A DNA stretch of 63,948 nucleotides, filler included, from an uncultured Myxococcia bacterium (GTDB taxonomy: Bacteria; CAZTWC01): assembly GCA_964617105.1 (NCBI GenBank). It is 4 parts of 4 records of this genome, joined end to end, with 100 filler letters (N's around TTAATTAATTAA, not from the genome) between each part and the next. Parts side by side here need not be neighbours in the genome. Positions count along the whole stretch, not along the records: positions 17,516 to 34,820 come from CAZTWC010000055.1; 3 more parts are not named here. The stretch is one strand, 5' to 3'. Below, piece after piece: positions 18,996 to 28,009 of the stretch. Below the pieces are notes generated by a model, which saw nothing but the letters and a program-made list of their open reading frames with translations, had not been told where the DNA came from and did not search any database. Position 1 is the stretch's first letter. Each line of letters opens with the position of its first letter. Both the position numbers and the translations under genes were made by a program.

Positions 18996-19992
18996 CCTCC
19001 CCTTCGCCGCCGGCGATTATAATTTTGCCCTCTTCTTCCAGCCTCATGGCGATATTAACGATTTGCATCTGCGCCCTTTCCACCTCAGAGAGTCTCATAG
19101 GTCCTTTGGTTTGAAGGTCTTCCTCCACCATAGAGGCAGCACGCTTGGACATGTTGCCGAATATCTTGCATTTCAACTCCTCACTGGTGGCTTTAAGAGC
19201 AATCACCAGGGTTTCATTCTCAATCTCCTTTAGTATCTGCTGAATACCGCGGCCATCAACATTTATCAGGTCATCAAAAGTAAACATCTTCTGGCGAATC
19301 CGGTCGGCCAACTCGGGTTGGGTTTCGGAAAGTTCGTCCAGAATATTTTTCTCATAGGTTTTTTCCATATTATTTAGCATCTCGGCCACCATCTCCACAC
19401 CGCCAACATTTGTGGACTCGATGTTGCCCATGGACAAAATTTCGTCCTGTATGGCCTGCTCAACTTCATTGAGTATATCGGGAGTGACATTTTCCAGTTT
19501 GGCGATACGTAGAACCACCTCCACCTGCAACTCTTCAGGCAGCAAAGGTATAATTGAAGATGCTTTGTTGGTTACCGTATGAGCCAGGAGTAAAGCAATC
19601 GTTTGCGGATGTTCCTTTCGGATAACGTTGGCCAGGGTTTGAGGATCCGCTTCAGATAAATTCTCCACCGAAGACTTGGTCTGCCGCTTCAGGTGGGCCA
19701 TCAGATTTCTGGCCTTTTCCGGACCCATAACCCTGGTGGCAACCTCCTCCAAAAATTCGCCGCCGCGCATAAGGAAACCGGAATCGTGCTTCACCTCTTC
19801 GGCAAATTGCAAATAAACCTCATCAACAACAGTTGGAGAGATGGTTTGAACTGTTTCCAGGGCCATACCGATATCCCTGATCTCTTTTTGATTCAGGTTA
19901 CGAAAAATATCGGTGGCCACATCTTCGCCTAAAGAAAGCAAAACCAGGGCCGATCTTTGGGCGCCCGTTAAATCAGTTGACGTGGTAACCAT
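18982..19992 (-). CDS. fliG: Flagellar motor switch protein FliG
   Basis: EHPQTIA, GG linker, MFTFDDL, NMSKRAA and RLSEVERAQ. Confidence 0.96.
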   Translation of the reverse strand: MVTTSTDLTGAQRSALVLLSLGEDVATDIFRNLNQKEIRDIGMALETVQTISPTVVDEVYLQFAEEVKHDSGFLMRGGEFLEEVATRVMGPEKARNLMAHLKRQTKSSVENLSEADPQTLANVIRKEHPQTIALLLAHTVTNKASSIIPLLPEELQVEVVLRIAKLENVTPDILNEVEQAIQDEILSMGNIESTNVGGVEMVAEMLNNMEKTYEKNILDELSETQPELADRIRQKMFTFDDLINVDGRGIQQILKEIENETLVIALKATSEELKCKIFGNMSKRAASMVEEDLQTKGPMRLSEVERAQMQIVNIAMRLEEEGKIIIAGGEGEDVLV

Positions 19993-20111
19993 ATTTATCT
20001 CCTAAAGAAAATTAGACTAACAATTACAAACACTGGTAAAAGGTCGCTAACCGTCATACTCCTCTCTCATTGCTATTTTAGAAACAGGAGTAATTACCAA
20101 CAATTAAATAC

Positions 20112-20127
20112 TGCAAATATTATACCA
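20112..20127 (-). promoter_or_regulatory. sigma54 (-24/-12) promoter upstream of fliG
   Basis: TGGTATAATATTTGCA on the minus strand, with correct GG-N10-GC spacing. Confidence 0.65.
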
Positions 20128-20191
20128 AAACCACTATAACCTCATTAGCCATATATTACGCTGGTTCCCTATTTTGAATCTGCATATTGAT

Positions 20192-20205
20192 GTCATCCTT
20201 TTGAC
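20192..20205. promoter_or_regulatory. Palindromic enhancer-like site GTCA-N6-TGAC (FleQ-box-like)
   Basis: GTCATCCTTTTGAC, 65-78 bp upstream of the -24 element. Confidence 0.4.
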
Positions 20206-20233
20206 TATAATTGTACTCTCTAGTAGAAATAAT

Positions 20234-20280
20234 GTCAAAAATAAACCCCCGGTTGATGCTTTGGTGCTTCAACCGGGGGT
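20234..20280 (-). terminator. Intrinsic terminator after fliF
   Basis: 12-bp perfect stem ACCCCCGGTTGA/TCAACCGGGGGT followed by TTATTTTT on the minus strand. Confidence 0.75.
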
Positions 20281-20316
20281 AGTTATTTTTGAGTGAGCCC
20301 TAAAGTTTAATTAACT

Positions 20317-21948
20317 TTATGCTGGTTTTTCCTTCAACCAACTCTTGAGGATCTGGGCGGTTTGAGCAGCATTTTCCTTTGCGAAATCCTGTACTTTGCG
20401 GCGAGCGTCTTTTTGCGCTTCCAGCAGTAACCGCTGCTCCTCCATGGTGGCATCCAGCGTCTTTGTCTCCTGATCTTCTTCTACTTCCCCAGATGCCAAG
20501 GCAGCAGCTCTTCTGACTCCGTCATAATCCACTGGAATGGGCGGTGCGATAGTAGTGACCCACCTGACCATAGGGCGCATGATAAAGAAGACCAGAAGCA
20601 GGGTCATCAATAAGTATATCAAGAATTTCCCGCCCTGCAGAAGTTGGCGCACCAGGTGGGGAGTGAGAAAAGGTTCTTTGCCATCATCTTTTATCTGGTG
20701 AAATTGTACACAGGAAACTTCTATCTGGTCACCACGCTGCTGGTCGAATCCCACCGCCTTCATAACAATACTTTCCAACTCTTTAATCTCTTTTGCTGAA
20801 CGTTTGGCATACTGGGTAGCGCCCTCTTTTTCCTGATAGATCCCATCTACCATGGTGGCCACCGAAATTTTCTTCAAAGTGCCCACCGGCACCACCGTAT
20901 GTTTAATCACTTTGTTGATTTCGTAATTGGTAACCAGACTGTTACGATTGGAGTCAATAGTGGAGTTTTTGTCATCGGCCACTCCCTCGCCAACCGGAAT
21001 ATTGGATTGGGAACCTGGCACTCCACCAGGCATAGGGGTTTTGCTGCGGCTGCTCTCAGTGGTATTTTGCTCACTCCGGGCCACCTGATTTTCAGGGTCA
21101 TATATCTCCTCGGTCTGCTCCACTTTGCTGAAGTTCATCTCTGCGGTTATCTGCACCACCGCCTTACCGGGCCCCATCACCTTTTCCAACATCCGCCTCA
21201 CCTTTTCTTCCAGATTACGCTCATAATTGCGTTGGTATTCCATTATAGTGGACCCGCCTCCCATGGCAAACTGTTCATCCGAGGGCTTGGAGAGCACCTG
21301 TCCATTATTATCTACAATGGTAATATTATTAGCAGCCAATCCTTCAACACTAGAGGCCACCAGGTGTTTTATCCCCTGGATCTGAGATTTGTTGAGACTA
21401 AAACTTTTATTAAATTCCAAGATCACCGAAGCGCTGGGCTCTAGTTGATCTTCTTTAAAAAGGCTTTTTTCTGGAATAACAACATGTACCCTGGAGGAGG
21501 AAATACCATCGATACTGTTGATAGTGCGGCTCAACTCCCCTTGCAGGGCGCGGCGGTAATTCAACTTCTGCATAAAATCGGTCATGCCGATGTAGCTTTG
21601 GTCAAAAAGTTCAAAACCACTACCGCCCCCCTTAGGCAGGCCGGCGCTGGCTAACTTAATTCTGACATCATAGAGTTTTCCTGCCGGTACCAGGATAGCA
21701 GAGCCCCCGGCTTCCAGTTGGTAGGGAACTTTTAAGTCATTCAATTTTTCCACCACCTGGCCGGCATCTTTTTGATCCATATTAGAAAAAAGATATTGGT
21801 AATCCATGGTATTGGTGGCATATATAATGTATCCGAAACCAGCCATGATTAAGAGTGCCACCATGGGTATTACGACTCTGGCGCTTGGGGGGATATTTTT
21901 CCAAATAACGGAGACCTGCCGGAAAAAAAGATTGATTCGCTCACCCAT
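20317..21948 (-). CDS. fliF: Flagellar MS-ring protein FliF
   Basis: GFELFD, RALQGELSRTI, ASVIL and TNYEINK motifs, two TM segments, C-terminal ILKSWL. Confidence 0.96.
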   Translation of the reverse strand: MGERINLFFRQVSVIWKNIPPSARVVIPMVALLIMAGFGYIIYATNTMDYQYLFSNMDQKDAGQVVEKLNDLKVPYQLEAGGSAILVPAGKLYDVRIKLASAGLPKGGGSGFELFDQSYIGMTDFMQKLNYRRALQGELSRTINSIDGISSSRVHVVIPEKSLFKEDQLEPSASVILEFNKSFSLNKSQIQGIKHLVASSVEGLAANNITIVDNNGQVLSKPSDEQFAMGGGSTIMEYQRNYERNLEEKVRRMLEKVMGPGKAVVQITAEMNFSKVEQTEEIYDPENQVARSEQNTTESSRSKTPMPGGVPGSQSNIPVGEGVADDKNSTIDSNRNSLVTNYEINKVIKHTVVPVGTLKKISVATMVDGIYQEKEGATQYAKRSAKEIKELESIVMKAVGFDQQRGDQIEVSCVQFHQIKDDGKEPFLTPHLVRQLLQGGKFLIYLLMTLLLVFFIMRPMVRWVTTIAPPIPVDYDGVRRAAALASGEVEEDQETKTLDATMEEQRLLLEAQKDARRKVQDFAKENAAQTAQILKSWLKEKPA

Positions 21949-21974
21949 GGTTTACCTCTTTAAATCAGTTTAAG

Positions 21975-22018
21975 GTCAACCCGGGATTAAAATCCCGGGA
22001 ATTATTTTCGTTCTTAAT
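21975..22018. repeat. 44-bp intergenic repeat, copy A, with palindrome CCCGGGATT-AA-AATCCCGGG
   Basis: 37/44 ungapped identity to 30881-30924. Confidence 0.8.
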
Positions 22019-22035
22019 TGTATTACCGGCTCCAA

Positions 22036-22356
22036 TCAAATCCCCATCCTCATCACTTCCTGGTAAGCCTGGATTACCTTGGAGCGGATGTTCGACATCA
22101 GCCGCAGAGAGAGATCTGCCTTCTCCAGTGCAATGGCGGTTTCGTGGAGATTGTTATCGCCTTTGATAAAATTTTCTACAGATTTATCCGCTCCCGCCTG
22201 GTCATTGTTGACTTTTTCCATATATCCCTTTAACGAAGATACAAAAGAGCCAACTTTTTCTTCTGGATTGTCGTTCAGCTTTACCCTGCCAGACAGCCGA
22301 TCCTGTAAAGATCCAGCCGAGTTCAGTAAATTTGTGCTTATAGTAATATCCTTCAT
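22036..22356 (-). CDS. fliE: Flagellar hook-basal body protein FliE
   Basis: LHETAIALEKADLSL...IRSKVIQAYQEVMRM. Confidence 0.94.
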   Translation of the reverse strand: MKDITISTNLLNSAGSLQDRLSGRVKLNDNPEEKVGSFVSSLKGYMEKVNNDQAGADKSVENFIKGDNNLHETAIALEKADLSLRLMSNIRSKVIQAYQEVMRMGI

Positions 22357-22374
22357 GGTTCCTTCCCCCTATCA

Positions 22375-22809
22375 TCACTTGTTGATGGACAATGCCTGTA
22401 AGGCCATCCCTTTAATAGTAGAAATCACGGTGGTATTGGCCTCAAAAGTACGGGAACAGTTGATCATGTTGACCATCTCTTCCACCACGTTTACATTGGG
22501 CATGGCCACATAGCCTTTGGCGTTGGCATCGGGATGCCTGGGATCATAGACCATCCGGGGAGGCTTTTGATCCTCTTTGACCGAAGTGACTTCCACTCCT
22601 TTTACTTGCCTCAGTTGCTGGTTGAGCATAGAGGAAAAATTTTCCCTTAGTTGCTTGGGCCTGAATACCACATCTTTTCTTTTATACGGTCCGCCCTCCG
22701 AGGTTTTGGTAGTATTGGCATTGGCCAGGTTACTGGAAATGGTATTTAATCTGGTCCTTTGGGCTTTTAACGCCGAAGCGGAAATTTTTAATGCTGAAAA
22801 AAAATCCAT
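22375..22809 (-). CDS. flgC: Flagellar basal-body rod protein FlgC
   Basis: SNLANANTT, GGPYKRK and YDPRHPDA..GYVAMPNVN. GGAGG RBS. Confidence 0.96.
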   Translation of the reverse strand: MDFFSALKISASALKAQRTRLNTISSNLANANTTKTSEGGPYKRKDVVFRPKQLRENFSSMLNQQLRQVKGVEVTSVKEDQKPPRMVYDPRHPDANAKGYVAMPNVNVVEEMVNMINCSRTFEANTTVISTIKGMALQALSINK

Positions 22810-22835
22810 AATCACCTCCGAAAATTATCCACCGG

Positions 22836-23240
22836 TTATCTATCCTGGATTACATATTTTAAAATTGACATCTTCTTGGAGACAAAAGATGCAGTTGCCC
22901 GGTATCGCAACTGATTGGCTGTTAGTTTAGCCACTTCATTATCCAAATTTACCGAGTTATTATCCAGTCCCGGAGCCTGGGTGGCATCTTTTACTACTTT
23001 GGCCGGTTCAACAGTCCCTCTGGTGCCGCCCAAATTCATGTGGTTCGAATTGGTGGCTTTCAGTTTCACTGATGATGAAGAATCGATAGAACGATTTAAC
23101 TGTTGCTGAAATTTTATATCTTTGGGTTTATAACCCGGAGTGTCAATATTGGCTATGTTGCTGGCGATATGGGTCTGCCGCTGCATCTGAAAATCCATCG
23201 CCCTCTGCATCCCTGTAAACAATTTACCAAAAATCTTCAT
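22836..23240 (-). CDS. flgB: Flagellar basal-body rod protein FlgB
   Basis: IASNIANIDTPGYKPKDIKF and DNNSVNLDNE. Confidence 0.95.
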   Translation of the reverse strand: MKIFGKLFTGMQRAMDFQMQRQTHIASNIANIDTPGYKPKDIKFQQQLNRSIDSSSSVKLKATNSNHMNLGGTRGTVEPAKVVKDATQAPGLDNNSVNLDNEVAKLTANQLRYRATASFVSKKMSILKYVIQDR

Positions 23241-23291
23241 TTCCTTTCCCTCCCGGCGATCTCTATTGACAATCCATACTATATAAATGTT

Positions 23292-23307
23292 AGCAAAAGC
23301 GATGCCA
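23292..23307 (-). promoter_or_regulatory. sigma54 promoter upstream of flgB
   Basis: TGGCATCGCTTTTGCT matches TGGCAC-N5-TTGCW, about 50 bp before the flgB ATG. Confidence 0.8.
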
Positions 23308-23336
23308 AAACCAGCGATAAACCCTATTTTTTCCGA

Positions 23337-24692
23337 TTAAACAATATTTTCCAACTGGTAATCTTTAATCTTGTTCCGCAGCGTTCTCAGGCTGATATCA
23401 AGACTTTTGGCGGCGTGGGTGCGGTTACCATTCATATCTTTTAAGGTTTGGACTATCAACTCTCTTTCCATCTTTTTTATAGTCACACCCGCTTTTAGAG
23501 ACAATTTTTCTTCACTTTCATTGTCAATGTTTTGACAAATGTCATTTTCCAGGAACAGATTTTCTGCCATAATCTGTTCTCCGTCACACATCAATATGGC
23601 TCTCTCTGCAGTATGTTCCAGCTCCCGCACATTTCCCGGCCAGGAATAACTTTTTAGCCTGATCAAGGCTTCCGGGCTCAAACTCTTTTTGGGTAGATTG
23701 TTGCGTTGACAGTGTTTATTAATGAAATGGTTACATAGAGGCTCAATATCCTCCACCCGCTCCCGCAGCGGCGGAATAGTTATAGGAAAAACATTGATAC
23801 GGTAAAAAAGATCTTCCCTGAATTTACCATCTTTTACCATTTGCTTCAGGTCCCGATTGGTAGTGGTTATAACTCTGGTGTTCACCGCTATGGTTTTTTT
23901 ACCTCCCAACCGATCCACTTCAAATTCTTGCAGTACCCGTAAGAGTTTGGCCTGCAGGGATAAATCCATCTCACTGATCTCATCCAGCAAAAGGGTCCCC
24001 TGGCTAGCCATTTCGAATTTGCCCAGCCTCTGATTTATAGCTCCGGTAAAAGCGCCTTTCTCGTGACCAAATAACTCGCTTTCCATCATGGTTTCGGGGA
24101 TGGCGGCGCAATTCAAGGCTATAAAACTACCATCACTCCTGGTGGAGTTGGCATGAAAATAACGGGCCAACATCTCTTTACCAGTACCGCTTTCACCTTG
24201 AATTAAAACGGTTACCTGGCTGCGGGCAATTTTTTTGGCCTTATCCAGAAAAGAGAGCATCTTCTCTTCCCGGGCAATAAAAGTGCTTTTAGATGAGACT
24301 GACTGGTTGGTTGTAACCAGATCTTCACCAGGATTACGATATCTTTTAACCAGATTTTCCAGCAATTCAAGCGGAAAAGGCTTGGTGATAAAATCAACTG
24401 CACCCTCTTTCATGGCTTTGACAGCATCGTCAACTTCGCCATAAGCGGTCATCATCACAAAAGGGATATCCTCTTGGCTCATTTTTAGACTGCGCAGCAA
24501 TTCAAAACCATTCATTTCCGGCATTTTGTAGTCTGAGATAACCATTTTGGGCTTTTGCTGTTTGATACTGATCAAACCCTCTCTGCCATTGGCAGCAGTA
24601 GCCACCTGGTACCCACTTCGGCTCAGGGCTTCTGATACAGCAAACCGCATGGATTCATCATCGTCAACTACTAAAATCGGGTTGTTTTCCAT
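23337..24692 (-). CDS. sigma54-dependent response regulator (REC-AAA-HTH), FleR/FlrC-like flagellar activator
   Basis: REC domain, GESGTGKE, GAFTGA, LLDEI, WPGNVREL and Fis-type HTH. Sits directly upstream of flgB. Confidence 0.92.
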   Translation of the reverse strand: MENNPILVVDDDESMRFAVSEALSRSGYQVATAANGREGLISIKQQKPKMVISDYKMPEMNGFELLRSLKMSQEDIPFVMMTAYGEVDDAVKAMKEGAVDFITKPFPLELLENLVKRYRNPGEDLVTTNQSVSSKSTFIAREEKMLSFLDKAKKIARSQVTVLIQGESGTGKEMLARYFHANSTRSDGSFIALNCAAIPETMMESELFGHEKGAFTGAINQRLGKFEMASQGTLLLDEISEMDLSLQAKLLRVLQEFEVDRLGGKKTIAVNTRVITTTNRDLKQMVKDGKFREDLFYRINVFPITIPPLRERVEDIEPLCNHFINKHCQRNNLPKKSLSPEALIRLKSYSWPGNVRELEHTAERAILMCDGEQIMAENLFLENDICQNIDNESEEKLSLKAGVTIKKMERELIVQTLKDMNGNRTHAAKSLDISLRTLRNKIKDYQLENIV

Positions 24693-24716
24693 ATGCAATT
24701 CTCCCATTTTGGACCC

Positions 24717-25499
24717 CTATTGCTCTTTCACAGGAAAGAAAATAGTAACTTGGGTGCCTTCTGAAAGTTTGGATTCCATCTTTAAAGCGCCTCGGTGGCT
24801 ATCCACTATAAAATGACAACGAGTCAATCCCAAACCGATATCAGGAACCTGAGATGTGAAAAATGGGTCAAACACTTTGCCCAACTCTTCAGCCTCTATT
24901 CCGCAGCCGTTGTCTTTAATAGTCATCTCGAACATTTTTTTGTCTCTTTTAAGAACATTTCGGGTTTCGATTGTCAAAATACCGTCAGTTTTAACTGCCT
25001 GAAGAGCATTTAGTAATAAGTGTAGCAAAAGTTGTTCCAAAAGCGTTTTGTCCCCCTCTATCAGGCAATCAAGAGCATTTAATTTCAGTTTTAATTCAAT
25101 CCTTTTGCCCAGGGTAGCGGAGTGGAAATCCTCGATAACCCTTTTCATTAATATATGGAGTTCTACCTCCTCTTGGGCGGAGGTGCTGATTTTCATGTTT
25201 TGCAGCAAATCGGCCAAAATATCGTCTGCCCTGTTAATCTCGGAGATTATCTTTTGCAAAAGCGTACTGCCCTTTCCCGCCAACTCCCTTTCTAAGAGTT
25301 GGGCAAAAATGTTAATGCTACCAAAAGGACTTCGCATTTTGTGGGCGATAACTCGAACGGCATCTAACATGGCGTTAAGGCGTAGAGAACGACTGTTGTG
25401 GTGGTCAAAGACTTGTTCCACCTGAACGGTAGCGGCGGCAGTGGTATTTACGGAGACGGTGTTTTTAATTCTGGTTGGCGGCGGTGTTTTTTCTCCCAT
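24717..25499 (-). CDS. Sensorless, degenerate histidine kinase (FleS/FlrB-like)
   Basis: H-box AHKMRSPF, N-box LLLNALQA, G1 DNGCGI, F-box FDPFFT and G2 DIGLGL. Confidence 0.8.
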   Translation of the reverse strand: MGEKTPPPTRIKNTVSVNTTAAATVQVEQVFDHHNSRSLRLNAMLDAVRVIAHKMRSPFGSINIFAQLLERELAGKGSTLLQKIISEINRADDILADLLQNMKISTSAQEEVELHILMKRVIEDFHSATLGKRIELKLKLNALDCLIEGDKTLLEQLLLHLLLNALQAVKTDGILTIETRNVLKRDKKMFEMTIKDNGCGIEAEELGKVFDPFFTSQVPDIGLGLTRCHFIVDSHRGALKMESKLSEGTQVTIFFPVKEQ

Positions 25500-27880
25500 T
25501 CAAGACCTCGTATCTGTTCTGCAGCTAATTTGTGCCAAAATCCCGGCTCTTTTTCAGCAGCCAGAGCTTTCCAGGTCTTAAATGATTCATTTTTCATGCC
25601 AACTTTAGAAAAAGCCTCTCCTAATTTGTATTTTACCATGGGAATTCTGGAATTGTTGGGGAACTTTTTTATTAAAGTATTAAAATATTCAATAGTTTCC
25701 CGGTATTGCTTAGACCAGAGCAGGCATTCACCGAAATTAAAAAAAGTGCCCACTATCTCTTTGGGCAACTTGTTGGAAGGATAGTTGCGATAATAGACTA
25801 TGGCTTTATTATACTTTTCAGCGGCAGCGGCGTATTTTTTATGACGCTTTAAAATATCCCCTTGTTTCGTGTAGATAAGAGTTTGATTGGGGAACTCATC
25901 CAAATATTTAAGCATATTGTCAAAAGCGCTAAAAGCCTCCCGATCTTTTTTCAAAGCCAGGTTGATCTCAGCCATAGTTAGCCAATATTTTGACGACTTT
26001 ATCTGGCCCGGATACTTGGCTCGTAAGTACTCCAGAGTTTTTTGGCAGCGATAAATATCTTTGTTGAGAGCATAGGCATGGGCCAGGTTGATCAAATAAC
26101 GCTTTTCCCACTTTGGTTCCAGCCCCTTGCTCTTTAAAATTGCCCGGTATAATTTTAACGCCTCCTGGTATATCCCCATGGCAATATAACTGTTGGCCAC
26201 CAGGATTCTCATCTCTTTTTCGTGGGGATTTTGGCTAAATATTTTTTTGTCTCTTATATATATTCTGGTTACGGTTAAATAGTCTCCTTTTTTGTAATAC
26301 ATCTTATAGATGGTATAGAGAAGATTATGGAAAAAAGGCTTCCCGGTATTGCTATAGGGAGTGTTGGGATATTTTTTGAACATTTTCCGCATAGTATCGT
26401 AGGCCAAAATAAATTTTCGGTGCTGCAGATACAATAGCGACAGCCGGAAACTGGCCTCCTGTGATGCAAAGGAGGCGCGGGCTTTATTTATACACATATA
26501 ATAGTTATGATAGGGCGGCGAAGTACTGTACATGGCGCCTTCCAACTCTGCTACCCTCATTCTGGCCAGTAACCTGGCATCCATTCTTTTCCCCCTCAAG
26601 TTGGCCAGGTGTCTGAAAATAAGAGATGCCTGATCATACTTTTTTTGTTTCAGCAAAATATCTCCTTTGTGGAGTTGGGCGATACTGGATAAAGGCTCAT
26701 AGGAAAACTGCAGCAGAACTTTATTATAAATTTGCTCAGCCCGTTTATAATCTTTTTTCCAAAAATGGAGATCTCCCAAAAAGAGAAAAACGTTAATGTT
26801 GCGTTTAAGCAAAACCGGCCATTTTTTTTCTATTTGCGCCATTAGTTTAAAGGCTTGGTTAAAATTTAACTTCTCAGCCTCAATATAGGCCAACAAAAGA
26901 AGGGCATTCTTTTTAGCCGGAATATCCTGAGGGTACTCAACTATTTGCCGGAGAATCACTTCTGCTTTTTTTACTTTGCGCCGGTATTTCAGGCAGATGG
27001 CCTGATTGACTTTTAGATAATTGTAATAAAGAGTATGGCGATATTTAGCCAGCCCTTTTTCGATATCCACCAAAGCCTCCAGGTAAAAACGCCGGAGAAT
27101 ATTTCCCAGGGATGCCAGGTAAAGGGCACGGGCATTCAAATCATCATATAGTTTCATTTTGCTGACCCGCTTCAGGGCATCGATAGCCACTTCAATAGTA
27201 GAGGGTGTATTTCTATGAAGCATAAAAAGCATCTCAGCGTAAATATAATAAATCTTGTGGTAATATGGACTTTTAGGATGGCTTTTAAGAAAGGTATCCG
27301 CTTTTTGCACCGATTCTTTTATAAACCCTTTTGACCAAAGAGAAATCAAATCATTATGTATTTTGATATGGGGATGTCGGACTTCCAGTCGTTGAAAATC
27401 GATATCAGGAGTTCCCCCTTTAATGGGCAATCTCTCTTCAATATAGGGGACAAATGGGATATCAGGAATCTTTATCGGCAGAATATCCTCTTCACCTTCA
27501 CCTATATCGATTATCAGACCAGGTGGTTTTTTTATCCAACGGTGAAAAAACAAAAACCTGGTGAGGTTGATATTCATCCTTACCTTTATACTGGTAAGGC
27601 TCTTGTGCAACACCAGAATACCGGTGATGTTGGTGCCCTGGTACTTTTCCAACTGGCGAATAATATCCAAAGGATAATTCTCCAGCGTGATATCCAGTGA
27701 TGATTTACGCTTGATCTTGGTAATTTTGTATTTGGTTTCAGGCTTTAACCGCAGTTGTATCCTGGTAAAGTGGATAAACTTGTCCAGGTGGCTATCCAGG
27801 TTGGTCTGGGCAATGGCCAACCGGGGTAGTATAAAAGAACATAGCAAAATAAACGATATAGCAATAATTTTAGTTTTCAT
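25448..27880 (-). CDS. Large exported TPR protein at the head of the flagellar cluster
   Basis: Signal peptide MKTKIIAISFILL...AIA, a beta-rich N-terminal domain, then many TPR-like helices. Confidence 0.8.
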   Translation of the reverse strand: MKTKIIAISFILLCSFILPRLAIAQTNLDSHLDKFIHFTRIQLRLKPETKYKITKIKRKSSLDITLENYPLDIIRQLEKYQGTNITGILVLHKSLTSIKVRMNINLTRFLFFHRWIKKPPGLIIDIGEGEEDILPIKIPDIPFVPYIEERLPIKGGTPDIDFQRLEVRHPHIKIHNDLISLWSKGFIKESVQKADTFLKSHPKSPYYHKIYYIYAEMLFMLHRNTPSTIEVAIDALKRVSKMKLYDDLNARALYLASLGNILRRFYLEALVDIEKGLAKYRHTLYYNYLKVNQAICLKYRRKVKKAEVILRQIVEYPQDIPAKKNALLLLAYIEAEKLNFNQAFKLMAQIEKKWPVLLKRNINVFLFLGDLHFWKKDYKRAEQIYNKVLLQFSYEPLSSIAQLHKGDILLKQKKYDQASLIFRHLANLRGKRMDARLLARMRVAELEGAMYSTSPPYHNYYMCINKARASFASQEASFRLSLLYLQHRKFILAYDTMRKMFKKYPNTPYSNTGKPFFHNLLYTIYKMYYKKGDYLTVTRIYIRDKKIFSQNPHEKEMRILVANSYIAMGIYQEALKLYRAILKSKGLEPKWEKRYLINLAHAYALNKDIYRCQKTLEYLRAKYPGQIKSSKYWLTMAEINLALKKDREAFSAFDNMLKYLDEFPNQTLIYTKQGDILKRHKKYAAAAEKYNKAIVYYRNYPSNKLPKEIVGTFFNFGECLLWSKQYRETIEYFNTLIKKFPNNSRIPMVKYKLGEAFSKVGMKNESFKTWKALAAEKEPGFWHKLAAEQIRGLEWEKKHRRQPELKTPSP

Positions 27881-28009
27881 AATTAAAATTTTATGAAATG
27901 AATGGACAGATGTCAAATAAATAGGCTGTGGTCTTAAAATACTAAGGCAAATTTGCAATACCAGCCCAGGATGAGTTATAATATTAATTTTAACTGTAGT
28001 AAATAAAGT

